The position numbers and the translations under genes are program-made. From positions 434,001 through 498,000 of the forward strand of contig JAKMXF010000088.1 of assembly GCA_024704765.1 (NCBI GenBank): DNA of 64,000 nucleotides, read 5' to 3'. A model generated the notes under the pieces. The model made no database searches. It was given only the letters and a program-made list of their open reading frames with translations, and had not been told where the DNA came from. Positions 12,702 through 27,036 of the stretch are shown piece after piece; the stretch's first letter is position 1, and each line of letters starts with the position of its first letter. This DNA is from Oopsacas minuta (taxonomy: Eukaryota; Animalia; Porifera).

Positions 12702-15700
12702 ATGGAACTTGATACAGCAAGAGTAGCAGATTATTTTGTTATTTGTGGTTTGAATACGAACAGTCGTCCAGTCCCTAATCTCTGTGAAATACAGGAAGTT
12801 CATTCGGTGTCTTCGTTAGAATATGTGACACACATAACTGCAGTTAGATTTGATGAGAAGATCCCAGCGGAATATGTAGTGAGGAAGAATACACCAGCTG
12901 GACATAGGGTTGATTTTAGGATGTCAGAATTTACTACTAATTATTTTCATTTGTGTTATAAGAAGAGTAGAGATTTGGATGGGCCTGTTAGTCCTATTTC
13001 TGAGATTAGGTGAGTTGCTGCTATTTGTTGTAGAATTGTACGAACTCTCTATTTACAGTCAACTCCCGGTATATCGAAGATAATTACTTCGATGTACCGA
13101 TGAAATATAGGATACTTTGGTTTGGGACCAAATGTGTACATATTTCAGGCTTCGATATTTCCGTGTTCGACATAACGGAAGTTGGCTCTAGAGTCTTTTG
13201 ATCCTAAAAAGGAATATCGTTCGGTCATTAGTAAAGTAACGCAAAATTCAACACAGCTTTCCAATCTTTATTTCACGTTTTGTCATATATTGTAACTATC
13301 CACCCTCCCTAGACCATTCTTTAACCGTCTAACGGCCACATTATAATTAACATCTCAATAATAGACCTGAAAACTCAATTATTTTCCGTTTCTAAATTTG
13401 TTTGTTTATTTTAAGATTGTTTATTTTCATTTTTAGAGTATTTTTAACAGACACAAACCTACCCAGAGATTTCCAATTAGTAGAATGGCACTCATCTCAG
13501 AAACCTGTTAACTTTGGTTCATTAGGAAGAGAGATCTATCTTGGTTATAGAACTACAATATTACATGCACATACTGTAGCTATCACAGATTTAAATCTTA
13601 TTTGTGTTGATAAAGTGAGTTTTCCATTTCCTGTTACGTATTTGAAATTTTGCTAGGATTTGTGTCAGGTTCATCGACGTTCCTGATTTTGTGAACAATA
13701 TAATCTACTGTTATTTGAAAGCTTGTTTCAGCACACCACACATCCAATTTTGCTTATTTCATCGTTCTATCACTATAAACTGTATTATCTAGCTTAAATA
13801 ACCATGGATATATATATATATATATATTATACTATCTACGGTAGAACGCAGATAAGACATACACTCGGGTCGATGGGGTATCGTGAATCTATAATTTTTG
13901 AAATTATCCAGGTTGAGGGCATTCCTGTTATCTTACAAGTAATATTCCGTTTAAATAATTATAAATTCGTATAAAGCAATCATGTTTGTAGGTGTAAACA
14001 CATTCGTAGCCTACATTTACGATATATCAACGTATTTGCGTGTCTCTTAGCAACATAAAGTTATGTCTTAATCAAACCTGAATTTAATTACTATATGAAT
14101 AGTACAATATTTCATTCGATAATACTCTAGCTAAACTGTCTTGAAGTTGGTCAAAACACATGAATTTTGTATTAGGATTATTTTACTGTATTCTAATTCA
14201 GTGAGAATTTATTTATACAATTTCTATCTTGGATATCAGCTGGTATTTTAAATATCCGTGTTTGAGATAACGGGAGTTGAATGTATATTTATCCTATATT
14301 TCTGAAATTCTCTTTTCTTAGGGAGAAGTCCCCCCTCCGGGATTCAAACGATTGAAAAAGAACCTTGACAATCATATAATGGTAAGCACACTCAACATAT
14401 GTGAATATTATGTCTTAATGATATTTTAATTATAGGCAAAATCAAAAATACATTTATGCTATAAACTTGCTATGCCCAGACCCAAAGCTGTTTACTACAC
14501 TCCAGGTATGAGTAGTCTATTATTATTCTTTTGATAAATGTTTGTTTGTGTCTAAAAATATGGAATTGCTAACCATATGCATTTGTGTAAATTATCATTT
14601 TCAGTAGCTATTATTTGGATGTCAGCGTTTTGGTTTTCTACGATCGATTTGCTAAGAATATTCAATACAAAGTTTGACTATTCATAATTTGATCGTACAT
14701 TTATGCACTAGATCTTCGTCTACAGATTCACCCTTATTCTAGCAATAGTTGAGGATTATTTGTGTATATTTCTTCCGTAATTAAGTGTCATGATTGAGTT
14801 GTTTCGAGTATATTTTAGCGAACTTAGACACTTCTATAACGGTGTACTTTTTAATATATTATTTGGGTTTATCTTCAATTAATTTTATTAATGATTTCTA
14901 ATCAGCAACCTTGATAAGCAAAAGTAATGGTTATTCCATACGAATTCCTATATACCAAGTTAGCTGCCGTAATGTGAGATCAATATTAAACTCTCGTTAT
15001 ACAGAAGTGATTCTTTGCCCTCTATAGCTTGAAAGTAATTGATTTTCTCCGCTTATAACGAGAATTTCCTATCGATTGCTACCATGAAAATCACATATTC
15101 TTCGAATCTTCTATTCTATAACTAAGATATTCGAACCTTATACTTCTATTTCACTGTTAATTTACTATTTTCAGTATTCACAGCTGATCTATTCCTTAGA
15201 CAATATAGTTAACATGTCCAGTTTTATCATATACTACATGTGAATTTTATCATATACGTATATCGATTGAAGAATTTGAAATATTTATTTGGTAATTAAT
15301 ACGCAAGTGGATTTATTAATACGATCTGAATTACGTTTTCAAGATATTGCCACTCCAGTAATAATCTTACTTTTTCACTGTACGTAGCGATAAGTATTGT
15401 AAATTTATTTATTACTTATTTTGTAATATACTGGCTAGAAATGCGATTTCCATATTTTTCTGTATTTCTGTTATTTCGTTCTATGATATTTATACACCTC
15501 AAAATGCACTTAACAAATATTCTATGACCTATAGGGGACCACCAAGGGGCCCATGGACCTCAGTATCGGGACCGCTGCGATTCCAAAGCTTTTTGAAAAC
15601 CCCCTGAATATTTGTGGAACGAAAAGCCTGTACCCGTTTGTATCTGAATTTTTCGCAATTATTATTATGAAAAACGGTAACCTTTTAAAATCTTACATAC

Positions 15701-18700
15701 GTAATACCCAGCTTTATACCTATTATCTGACAATTCTAATCAGATTGCGTACGATTTACAATATATTGAAAGATATAGACCCTTTGAATTAGCACTTTAT
15801 TATAATGACAGAGCTAGAAGATCATACGATAATAGAACTGGTACCCGAATCTATTGCAGAACGTATTTGGGGCCTAAGTGAAATGTTCCCAGAGCGTGTA
15901 CAAACTGTTACTGGAAGTTTTACAACCAACACTGTGAAGGGAATTATATTTTCTTGGAAATTTATACGTAGTTCTCTCTGGGTTTTGAGTACGAGTTTGG
16001 CAATTGGTGTCCTACCATTGGTTGTAGTTCAACAGAGAATAGCGTTTGAAGATATGATGAATGAGCAGAGGAAACAAGGATTATTCGGCCCTGCTGTACC
16101 CGGTGACCCCAGCAGTCAACATGAACCGATGCGCACTTGAGACATTTATACGTATATGTCTTACTTATTAGTTAGAAAACATCGAATTATTAAACTATTT
16201 TAATGATCATATTGTCATACGTGTAATTTCGACTCGATTACTTAATTCATCTTAGAAATTGCATTTTGAAAATATTTGTCCTCTGGCAATATCAGATATT
16301 TACTTATTGTACAACACATGTAAGAATATTTTACTATTCACTGCTGCATTACTTTAACAGCAATGCTAAATCAGAATATAACTCGAGTAGTTATTTCTTG
16401 CTAAAAATACTATTACGTCACTCAATACCACCTCATGAAGATTATTATGCTTCCAACCCATTTCTCAGAGCTGAAAGTACAGTATTTTCTTACAATATTA
16501 TCATTCTTTTACTATTTATTAACTCAAAATACTGAACTAAGCATTCCTCTATAAATACCATTCACTTTCAACAGCTGTATATTTACTAATTACGTATATA
16601 CCTTTTATTCCGTTCTAACTTTCTCCAATATTCTTTAGAAATTCTGAGTTATTACCCAACAAAAGAATACCCAAAAGATCCGTTAGACCGGAACATATTG
16701 AGTTTCTGTATGCCAGCTGGTGTCAGTATAGAAGTATATGATGAAGATACTCTATGTCCATTACCTACTTCTGCTAATTTTGTGTTTACAAGAGATGATG
16801 GAGTTAAAGTTAGTTGCTGATTTATTGATATAATTAAATTACAAATTATCTAGTCTGAAGCCTGCGTCAAGGCTTCCGGAGGTGTTTTGCTTCTTGGTCT
16901 CAAGCTTAGTTGACTAATTCTCATTGAAAAAACGGCTAATCATGTATTGCAGTGTTCCCCTGAATAACCACCGGGGGATAGAAAAGGCAACAAGACTTGT
17001 GGATGAAATTAATTATCACATTCCCATATAAGTAACTGTTTGAGGACGAAACCTAGGTTGCTAATACTCAAACTCTACTGTAATATATTTCCTGTAGAGT
17101 TATGGCGTAGCTGTTACATTATATGAACCTGTACCAGAGGATCTTAGAAAAATAGATATGTTCAAATCACTTAATGTAGAAGCTAGTAAGAAGGTAAGTC
17201 CCGCCTAGAATGTGGGTATTTATTGTGGATACAGTATAATCTTCACAAACGGGCCTTGTAGAAACGAGAAACTTCTTGAAACTGATCGTTTTGGGGGGGG
17301 GTATAACACTGTATGAAAATTCAGAGAATTTTGAAAATGTGTTTGTATTTTAGCCAAACTTATTTATGAGTAAAGCAGTAGTTATAACATCTAAATGGCC
17401 TTTCTTTCCTGCATTCAGAACGTTCTTAACAACTCTATACAGAATATCTATCTCTAAATCTGTAATACCTCTTGAAAGGTATTTATCTTGTCTGTGTATT
17501 TGTGTGTTCTATTTTAAGACAATATTCCGTTTAGATATATTTATAATTTCATGAGAGGAATACCATTTCCTAAGCCAGATGGCTCTAAAGTTATGATGCA
17601 GGTAAGTATTTGGTTGTCTTTTTCGCGTATCTGTTTGATTCCAATTGATGATATGCCTTTATTGCAGTTCAAACTTCACAATGTTCTTTGAACATAGCAA
17701 TACTTATGCTAACCAATTTTATATTTCAATATTTTCCTATGGATAAGAAGTGAAATTCATGGAGATTAGAGATCTCGCAAGTATGTATCTCATCAATTTT
17801 ATCTAATATATTATATTATAGATAGGACCTGAAAGTATATTCTTCTCACCACCAGTCAACACATTAATGCCTCTTAAGTGAGTCATCTCAATAATTTCCT
17901 ATTTATCTTTCTATTCCCAAAGTACCATATGTTATCTATTTGTATTATTATTATTTAGCACAGCTCCATTTCACACTCTCCTACAGTGTCTCAATCCTAA
18001 GAATATAATTACACTCATACACTTGGTTTTATTAGAGCAGAAGATAGTGTTATTATCTTCTGTACAATCTACACTTATATCTGTAGCAGAGTCAGTACAA
18101 TGTGTGAGTATATACGTATACAGTGTTTATAGCATATTAGCGATTCGACTAATAGCAAAATCGCCATTAGCAACTTTTTGACGTGGCTTAGGACACCTTA
18201 TTGGCTCTTTTAGATGTGTCTTAAGGGTCAATTTCTAACTAATACGATACTACTGATAAGACTTATAGATTATAACTTTCCCTTGGTGTATTAACTACAG
18301 TGTAAACCTTAACAAACGGAGTGACAGGAACGCCGAAAAATGCTACCCAGTTTGTGGAGGTTCATTTGTATGGGACTATGAATACGCTTAGTTTGTTTTC
18401 ACTCCGTTTTCAGAAGTTCCCCGATGTAGAGGTTACACTGTACTCATAATTCTTATTTCATTCTAATAGTTACTCTACCCTTTTGAATGGCAAACTCCTT
18501 ACATTCCTTACATCCTGGATACCATGACAGATATGTTAGATGCTCCTGTCCCTTTTATATTCGGTTAGTTTCCAGCTGACTCTACTACTGAATTGTGTGA
18601 TATGTTTAGTTAGCTGTATTTAATATTTGATTATTGCAGGTATTCATTCTTTGGATTTTGACGTTGTTCCTTATTTGGAGAATCCTACTAGTGAAGTTAG

Positions 18701-21700
18701 CTTTGTTGATTTGGATTCTGATTATATTTACGAGTAAGTTCTACGGAAATTTGTAAACATTATTGATTCTCCCTACGCTATGGATAATGCTTAGCATTTG
18801 AGTTTTGATTACACCATAGTGAATAATATTACGGGATTATAGGTTGTATTTTAGCGGATTATTCAATTTTTGGCGGGATTTCGATCGTGACGTAGCATGT
18901 TGCACTAGTTTAGGTTGCTAAAATGCTGGAACTACCGCTTTTGTGACGTTTCAGCGGTACATAACACTTGATTTGTATCGAACATTTTCCAATTAATATT
19001 CACAATAACTGTATTTGAGTAAAATTTATGTATATTATTCCTAGAGGAATTTCTACAAAAGAATTAGCCAGATTAGCACTGCCAAAGGTGAGAATTATTA
19101 TTATATTTCTGAGTAATTGCAGTAGATTTCGGATAAGACGTACACCTTCTCGAAACAATAATTAATACTTCTTGCCTGTGTTTCGCTATTTTACATTTTT
19201 ATTAATTACGCTAGGGACCTTGTAAATCACTTCGTAGAGCTCTGACAGAGATCAGACAACATATCATTGGTAAGATCAAGTTATACTTTTAATTTACTAA
19301 TATTATATATCTTAACATTACATTTTCGTAGGTATGGGATTGTCAGCAGATGATTTAGCTGTAGATCTAGCTCCAATTAATATCACTGCCCGCGTGGAAG
19401 ATCAATTGGTATGTAAGAGAATACGTACAGTAGACTCCGCTAAATGGAGCAACCGGTTAAGCTTTAGGCCCTCGGTTTTTCGAGTCAACACTCTATTTCC
19501 GGGCCAATAAATTGTGGATATTGAGTTACTTTTCGTTTTGATTTCGAGGTTCTATACAAAATCCGTCGAATGACGCCAGTAGGTGTGTCTCTCAAAAATA
19601 TCTTACAAGCAAATTTAATAATTCACCTGTACAGGATTGGATTAAACTTTAGCTTTCGTCATAGCTCACTAATTACAATGTTTACAATAAACGTTATCAC
19701 GTTTGTGCAGGAAAAACATTATAATTATCAAAATTGTAATATAATACAATTCAGCATTATTTTAATAAATTCAAAAGTCCCATTTGCATATTTTCAATGC
19801 ATTTTACGTAGCTGTATTACTTGATTATGAAACCTTTGGAAGTAACTAACACTTATTTGTGACTTAATTATTCAATTGTAAGATTATTTAGAGTTTTAAT
19901 AGTTTAATTATTTGATAGTTTCAGCCATTTAAACCATTTTGCGGTATAAATAAGGCGAATTTTACAGCTGTTTGAGTGATGAAACAATTTCAAATATTTG
20001 TGTTTTATAGGCACGAATTGATCTTTTAATTCAAGATGCAATGTTGAGGTTCATGATAAAGCTTTTTACTCCGTACAGATCTTGTTTGATTCAACCCACG
20101 TCAGTGACAATTGACCATAATGAATGTTTCAATAGAAAAGGTATTTCATGTCGGTTTTGTATTTCGGGCCATGGATAGTAGTCAAGTCGTGGTAAGGAAA
20201 ACTTACAACTGACTGTACACTGTACAGTGTAATCTCCACAAACGGGCTGCAATCTGCCATGGACACTGAAAAATGCTGCTCCATTTCCCCCGTTTGTGGA
20301 GGTTCATTTGTATGGGATTCTTCACCCCGTTTCCATAGGCTCCATTAGTGGAGGTCTCACTGTATTTGGGGCTGTTTCTTGCTGTCAGTTGCCCATTCGG
20401 CGTTCCTTATTGACCAAAATTGTTAAGCGATTTTATTTGCGTATTTATATTTCAGGTTTTCTTCAAATTATGTCAAAAAACGAAAGAGGTTTTTTCATGG
20501 AATTTTTCGATACTCAGGTAATATATTTATAGATTTATACTTACAGTCAACTCTTGATACATCGAAGCACAAGAGACTAATTCCTTCGATCTAAGCATGT
20601 ATTTCCATGTATTCCTGTTCGATATAACGGGAGGTGACTGTAGATGATATGACGAATTTCTATTTGACTTTATCCTGTTATATTTGTATTATTTAGATGT
20701 TCCAGAAATTTATACAAGACCGCTTCACAGATGTTGAAAACAAATTGAATTTTTTCGATTCTTGTATTACAAAGGTATTTACGTGGATTATATGTACTAT
20801 AAAATTTCTATGATTTTACTATCTGTATATTTAGATAAATGCTGGAGCAGGCAGCAAAGAACCACTTATCGAATATTTCCAAATACAGTAAGTGAAGTTT
20901 GCATTCAAAATCAGTTTGCGGCGAGCATTGAATATTTCATTATTCTTATAGTGCAGATGCTATTGTCCGTACAGAGCCTGTTAGTAGTAAAGGGTTACCA
21001 CCAAATGTAACATACAGGTATGAAAAATTCATATAAAGAGGGACATTTGGCCCCTCTCTCCAAAAATGTACATTTCATCCAATGATCATCACGATTTCCG
21101 TTATATCGAAGCTCAATCGATAATTCCTTCGATATTACTGATGGAATGAATATTACCTTAACTGATACTGTGCTCTTTCTTTTAGCTATAATACATTTCC
21201 AAACTTAAATATGGATTATTTTCCTGAAGATGTTGAAACTGAAAAGGATATTATTCCTAAAAATTTCTCTCAACAGCTTGATGCTACGCGTGTGCTAAAG
21301 GTAAAATATGTGTGAATTTATGTAAAGTTAAAAAGTGCAAATTTGTTCAATTCCTTGAATATTTGGCCTCTTTGAGAATAGCAGATATATTTCGCATATT
21401 TTACATACATTTCTATGGTGTTATTTTGTTGTTAGGATGCTGTAAAGTACAAGCACGATCCATTTAAATGGCCGCGGTAAGTTACCTTGTACACCTTGGA
21501 TAGTAAGATATGCAATATGAATTATATAAACTCAACTCCTGTTAGATCGAACACTGATATATAGAAATACCCGCTGATATCGATGTCTAAAATTGTACAA
21601 ATATGCTCCCAATCCGTCAAATTTACACATATTTTCACTGGTTATATCGAAGTAAGAATCGCGATCCCTTGAGCTTCGGTATAACGGGAGTTGACTGTAT

Positions 21701-24700
21701 TTTCGCAAATAGTATTTACCTTTGATATTATTCTATTTAGCTTCTTATTGGGTCAATGCTACTCCCTCTGGTTCTTATATCTTCCAACATTTATACAGAA
21801 TAAATCTGCTAGTGAGCAAGTTAATATCGGAAATGAATGTCTATTGGTATGTTTGGCAGTTATTCGTTTATATTCATGTACATATCCATTTATGTGTTTG
21901 TTTGTTTAGCTTTTAGAAGCAATTCGCAGTAAAGATGTTCTTGTTACAGACGAGGTAAATATGTTTAGCTTTAGCAGTTGTGCATGAAGGTTTTGTCCAT
22001 CAAATATACACTGGATACCCCCCCTTTAGGAATTGCAATATATGATTTATTTTCATTCATAAAGCACATTCAAATGTAACAGATTTTACGCTTTTTCTTC
22101 TAGGTTGCATACTTGAGGCTTATGGAGATTGGCTCAGAACAAAAAGATCTACAACTAGTACGGAATGTTTGGAAAGATTTAGAAAGAGGAAATACTGAAT
22201 CTTCTACGAATATATTCACTCTATATTCAAAGGTTAGAAAATTGAAATATTCGAATACTCGTTTATATCCAGATCAGAAATTGTACAAACACGGTCACAA
22301 ACCCTGTCAAAGTAACAACTTTCATAGGTTATAACGAAGTAATTATTTCGGTCCCTTGAGCTTCGTTATAACTGGAGTTAACTGTACCAACATTTGAAAA
22401 ATTCATATTTTGCGTAAAATTTATTTATTAACATATCCATATTTATAGGCTCTTGATAACTGCTACACGAGGAGAGCACAGCTAAGATGGAAAAAGAGTA
22501 TTATAGCAGTTCTATTCTTTACTTCCTTATACAACAGTGCTACAATAGCTGGAGGTTCTCCTTTTAACAAATCTCTAGCTCCCCGAGGTGATCTCAGACG
22601 GAGAGTCCTGAGGGTTAAAAAGAAGATAACACTGGGCTCGTTCTATCCCGAGAAGATTAGAATCAGTCCTATGCATAGAGATGGTAATGACGTCATGATA
22701 GAAGATGAAGAATCGATGAGTGATTTGACTGTTGAAGTTTTGAAACAAACTGTAATTGATCCAGCATGTAACACTATGCTTGATTCGGATTCCGAAGACT
22801 CTATGTTTAATCCTCCTTCTCTTTCACCTTCTCCTCCACCCCCAGAGCCATCTAGACACACCCCTAGCCCGGTTTCAATACTCTCTCTACCCCCTATACA
22901 AATGCTAAGAGAAGCTAAGAAATATTTTAAACATTCACTGAAGAAAACTAGTGTGCGTTTGGTTAATCATCATGATACAAAACTTGAAAATGTTGTAAGA
23001 GTTAATAATGAAGATTCTGATGCTGCGTTTATTAATAAGGCGATGGCTCTTAAAATATCTGATCGCCTGCAAAATTCTATTGAGGCCGAATTGGAGAGTT
23101 CTATGGTGTTGAAAACTGCATCTGTTAGCGGTATGAATAATCGATTGAGTAACTCTCAGATTCTGACTAGTAAGGATTCAGGTTTTACTGAATTTACGGG
23201 CTCTAAAGGTAAGTAATTACCGAGTTCATAATTTTCCATTTATACAAGCGGATACCAACATTTTTTGTATTGCAGCCTATTGGAGGGAATCCACAGAGTG
23301 TGTTAAAGTTTCTATAGGGTCTCCACGGGTGACAAATATTGGGAACCGCTGCATAGGGGGGTTTTTAAGTGGCTGTTACCTTTAACCACTTTCATGAAAC
23401 AAAATTTGGATTCTTTAACGAGTGATAAAACATGAGTTTGACTTGGAGTATCAAAATACAGTTGTGTTTTACTATTTCCAATTCTTCTAATAGCGAATTC
23501 CACCTTTTTTCATGGACATAACTGTATTTTGTATTGGAAGTAGTTCGCATGAATTCACGTATTTGCAAGGAAAGTTCATGCAAATACAATTTGCTAATAT
23601 CCGAACTCCACTGTAGTGATTTTCCTCCAAATTTTAGGAGCAATAGATGTAGATCGTAAAGAATACTCTTCAGCAGATAATCTAACAGACACTAGACAAC
23701 CTCAACACAGCTCTACACCTGATAGACTTGCCTTACAACGTTCTGTAACAACACCCAACCCAAAACTCTCACCAACAGACGATTCGTTAGCAAACGAAAC
23801 TCGGTCAACTTCATTTTCACCTCTTCCAGAACCTCAGCAGAAATCAAGTAACAGTCCTCGGAGAGTTGTCAATCAAACCTCATCTAGTCCTGATTCCCTT
23901 GATAGCTTACGTACAGATAGTAGTAGTGGACAAACTCAAATTCATCCTTTTACTTCCCTAGTAATATACATGTCTAGTTCTACTAACTGTCCACATTGTA
24001 TGAGACAGATATATGATGAGGAAATTATTGCCATGTGGGCTGCTGAAGATATAGACTTGCAAATCAAGTGAGTGTTGTAACTTATCCCAGCTGTTCCCAA
24101 CCTGGGTTCCACCTGATCTCGAAATTTGTATTGCTGAGTACTCCTATTTATTTTAACGTGTTTATGTATTATTTAGATGTCAATACTGCGACAAGGAACT
24201 CATCCCTAAACTCACAATTCTAATGCAAGGGGTAACGAGAATTTATGACGTAATTCTTATACAGTGTAACCTACACAAAATATTATCCCGTTTGTGGAGG
24301 TTCCTTTGTATGGGACTAGGAATTTGTTTCTAGAAGTTTCCCCGTTTCTATTGGCCCCACTTTATAAAATGTAATTAATAGGCTATGGTGAAGGAATCAA
24401 TTGTAAAGAAGAAATCTATCCAACCTCATCCAACAAAATCTTTGAAAACACTATTTAAGAAATCAATCAGTGCCTCAACAGCTGAACACCCTTCAGTCAG
24501 TCGCAAATCATCTATTACAATGCCACGTAACCCCGTGGAAGCTGCCATAATTCCAACACCTTACATATATAGTGATGTATCTGAACGACTAACAGCGGCC
24601 ATCTTAGAGGACACAGAGCTACAAAATGTCCGACTTCATACTGACCTAGATGATGACGTGTCCGAGTTACAAGGTTCATATGATGATTCAGGGATTTTAC

Positions 24701-27036
24701 GCGCTAATTCTTTTGCGCCAGCTGATGAGACATACCAATACTATCGTGCTTATACATCTGGTGTTCGTACTTTACCGAAACGTGTACGGCCACGGAAACC
24801 GCCGCGATCACAAATACAGAGTACTTACAATGCAAATGTTCCTTATTTCGAATCAGCATCAAATGTGCGGTCGCGTGTACAGAGTGTTTATTATAATCAT
24901 TTATCGGATTCTGTGAGTGTCGACAGAGGGGAAATGTCAACTGCTTCTTCCGTATTCTCACTTGATAATAGTTCTGATCTAATGGAAAGTCCTATGTGCT
25001 TTGAACGTACGAGTTTTATCGAGGAAAACGATCAATCTATTTCTCAACTTATACGGAATAATCTAGAAGGAACTGATCATATACTTTTTAACAAAGATGG
25101 TAAAGACAATTGTCTTCCTGATGAAGGTAGCATGCCTTTTATTGGGAATATGAAAAACGATAGGAAATTGAGTACAGCATTTTTCCCGGATGAAAATACA
25201 ACGACTGATCCGTATTTGGAGATTAAAGATGAACTTGCATCGAAGTTAGAGTCTATGCCTCTACGGTCTGGACGATCCCAATCTGGTTCCTCTACACCCA
25301 GTGGGAGGGGCTCACCTGATGTACGTGTCGGACGATATGAGGATTATATTTCTATTCCATACTTAAGTCCTTTAGTGTTGAGGAAGTCTCTAGAAAATCT
25401 TATCAACAAGGAAGGACATGAGTTCTTGAGTACTATTGCCTTTGTTAAGAGATCTCCATTCATTTATTGGAATCTTGTAAGTTCATTTATTCAATTTTTC
25501 TTTGGTTTTTGTTGATAATTTGTTGCAGTCAGCCAACGCGATCATACAGTCAACTCCCGCTATATCTAACACGGATATATCCAAATACCCGCTTATAACG
25601 AATTGTGATATTGTACATATATGGCCCCAAACCGTAAAAGTAACATAAATTGCTTCGGAGGAATTATCACGGTCACTTAAGCTTCGATTTAACGGGAGTT
25701 GAATGTACATGTTGTTTGTTTATTTGTTTATTATTTACTTTTGTAGATTTGGTATTTTCAACGTTTAGGCCTTCGCAGTCATCTACAAGACATTCTACTC
25801 AAGGTATTTATCATATTTTAAATTTTGAATACAATAATTTATTCGTTCAATTCTCCAATTAGTGTGTACACTATAAGAAGTGTTATATAGAGACTCTATG
25901 GGAACCTATAGGTCCTGAGGTGATAGTACCATTCTTACATTCTTTCTGGAAGATGCGAAATTTGAACCGTAAGTATATTATTCATATTCAGTGTAACCTC
26001 GTTAAAATACGAACTCTACCGATTAATATACCTCCTCATTGAGCTATTTAGTTCCTACCTTTATAATGGGCGTAACCAAATACTAATTACCAACTGTGGT
26101 AACTATGGAAACTGGGAATAAATCTCACAGTATAAATTTGGTGTGCTATTTCTTGAAGGGGTACCAAATTTCGGTGATACCCTGTTCTCCCTTGATCCCA
26201 TTAAAATAATAATTGCCCAGCTAATATTCGAGGAGATACCTTATTTCCTTATAAATCTGTATAACATTATGTTATATTGTAGAAACGATATCTCCTAACT
26301 CAACACATAGAAGGATCCAGCAAGTAGAACACATCTTACAAGCTATATCAATTAATGTAGAGTGTATGGATCTGGTAAAAGCCGCGAGACATATCCTGGA
26401 TAGTAGGAAGTTAGATTCACCAGATGCTCCTAGTCCTAGCATGTATAGGGAGATGTTGTTCTTGTTCCTTGTACTAACGAAAGATGATAACAGTGATATG
26501 ACAGGTATATTTCGTGACTATAAAGTTTTGGGATAATTACGCGTGTTAATGAGAATTATTTCAGCTCCACATGATGTCCATATAAGCATAGCGGGCGGGC
26601 AGTATTTCATATCACATTATTCTATGACGTTATCATAACACAAAATGGCCAATTCATGTAAAAATTCAATGACTCAACTTCTAAATATGTTAATTAAGCG
26701 TGTTAAAGGAGGTCTGTGAAGATATAATCACTGTTAAAATGGTGAAATAATGACAATATTCATGCGACAGGTAAACTTGATGCGAGCGGAGGAGCTGAAA
26801 TAAGTTCCCAACTAACAGTGGCCTTAGTAATATACCAGATACTCACGTCACTTTCTATTGAATTAAACCCTGTAATTTATTATTTAGAAAAACTACGGAA
26901 ATATGATCGTCATTACAAACAGACAATAAGCTACCTGCCAAAAGAATACTCCCTCATGTTAACACAATACGACCATATACCTAATGACGTCTTTATACAC
27001 TGTAGGAAGATATTTGGACCTCTGCGTATAATTTGA
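12702..27036 (+). CDS. DENND4: DENN domain protein 4 (MABP-uDENN-cDENN-dDENN-PPR; Rab GEF), ~33 exons
   Basis: Starts RVADYFVICGL. Exons include 12702-13009, 13437-13614, 14322-14381, 14436-14505, 16639-16808 (FCMPAG), 17354-17478 (SKWPFFPAFR), 18470-18563 (YPFEWQTPYIP), 20697-20776, 22449-23208, 23638-24067 (CPHC..YDEEIIAMW), 24382-25476 (PYLSPLVLRK) and 26888-27036 (CRKIFG). A few minor exon edges are approximate. Confidence 0.92.
13056..13188. mobile_element. MITE family A, internally deleted
   Basis: Both TIRs, TA flanks. Confidence 0.82.
13808..13826. repeat. (AT)n microsatellite
   Basis: Directly visible. Confidence 0.8.
14218..14282. mobile_element. MITE family A fragment
   Basis: tatccgtgtttgagataacgggagttgaatg terminus. 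Confidence 0.7.
15805..16140 (+). CDS. TOMM22: Mitochondrial import receptor TOM22, intronless, nested in DENND4 intron 4 (14506-16638) on the same strand
   Basis: ESIAERIWGLSEMFPE ~ ETLSERLWGLTEMFPE; TM segment SSLWVLSTSLAIGVLPLVV with the conserved Pro; C-terminal QGLFGP ~ QILLGP. ATTAAA at 16189-16194 downstream. Confidence 0.92.
   Translation: MTELEDHTIIELVPESIAERIWGLSEMFPERVQTVTGSFTTNTVKGIIFSWKFIRSSLWVLSTSLAIGVLPLVVVQQRIAFEDMMNEQRKQGLFGPAVPGDPSSQHEPMRT
17232..17311. mobile_element. MITE family B, short derivative
   Basis: TA|cagtataatcttcacaaacggg ... taacactg|TA. Confidence 0.72.
18298..18440. mobile_element. MITE family B
   Basis: Both TIRs, TA flanks. Confidence 0.85.
20225..20362. 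mobile_element. MITE family B
   Basis: Both TIRs, TA flanks. Confidence 0.85.
20544..20640. mobile_element. MITE family A, short derivative
   Basis: Both TIRs, TA flanks. Confidence 0.82.
21528..21697. mobile_element. MITE family A
   Basis: Full core and the right TIR. Confidence 0.85.
22254..22384. mobile_element. MITE family A
   Basis: Core and ggtcccttgagcttcg..ggagttaactg end. Confidence 0.8.
24262..24371. mobile_element. MITE family B, degenerate
   Basis: Left TIR and core. Confidence 0.75.
25547..25705. mobile_element. MITE family A
   Basis: Both TIRs, TA flanks. Confidence 0.87.
26540..26823. mobile_element. Putative PIF/Harbinger (Tourist-like) MITE, family G
   Basis: TTA flanks; right end ggagctgaaataagttcccaactaacagtggcc; body colinear with 44325-44654. 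Confidence 0.75.

Noticed and set aside
15553-15792. 79-aa ORF upstream of TOM22
   Set aside because: Out of frame with TOM22, with intron-like composition and no homology.
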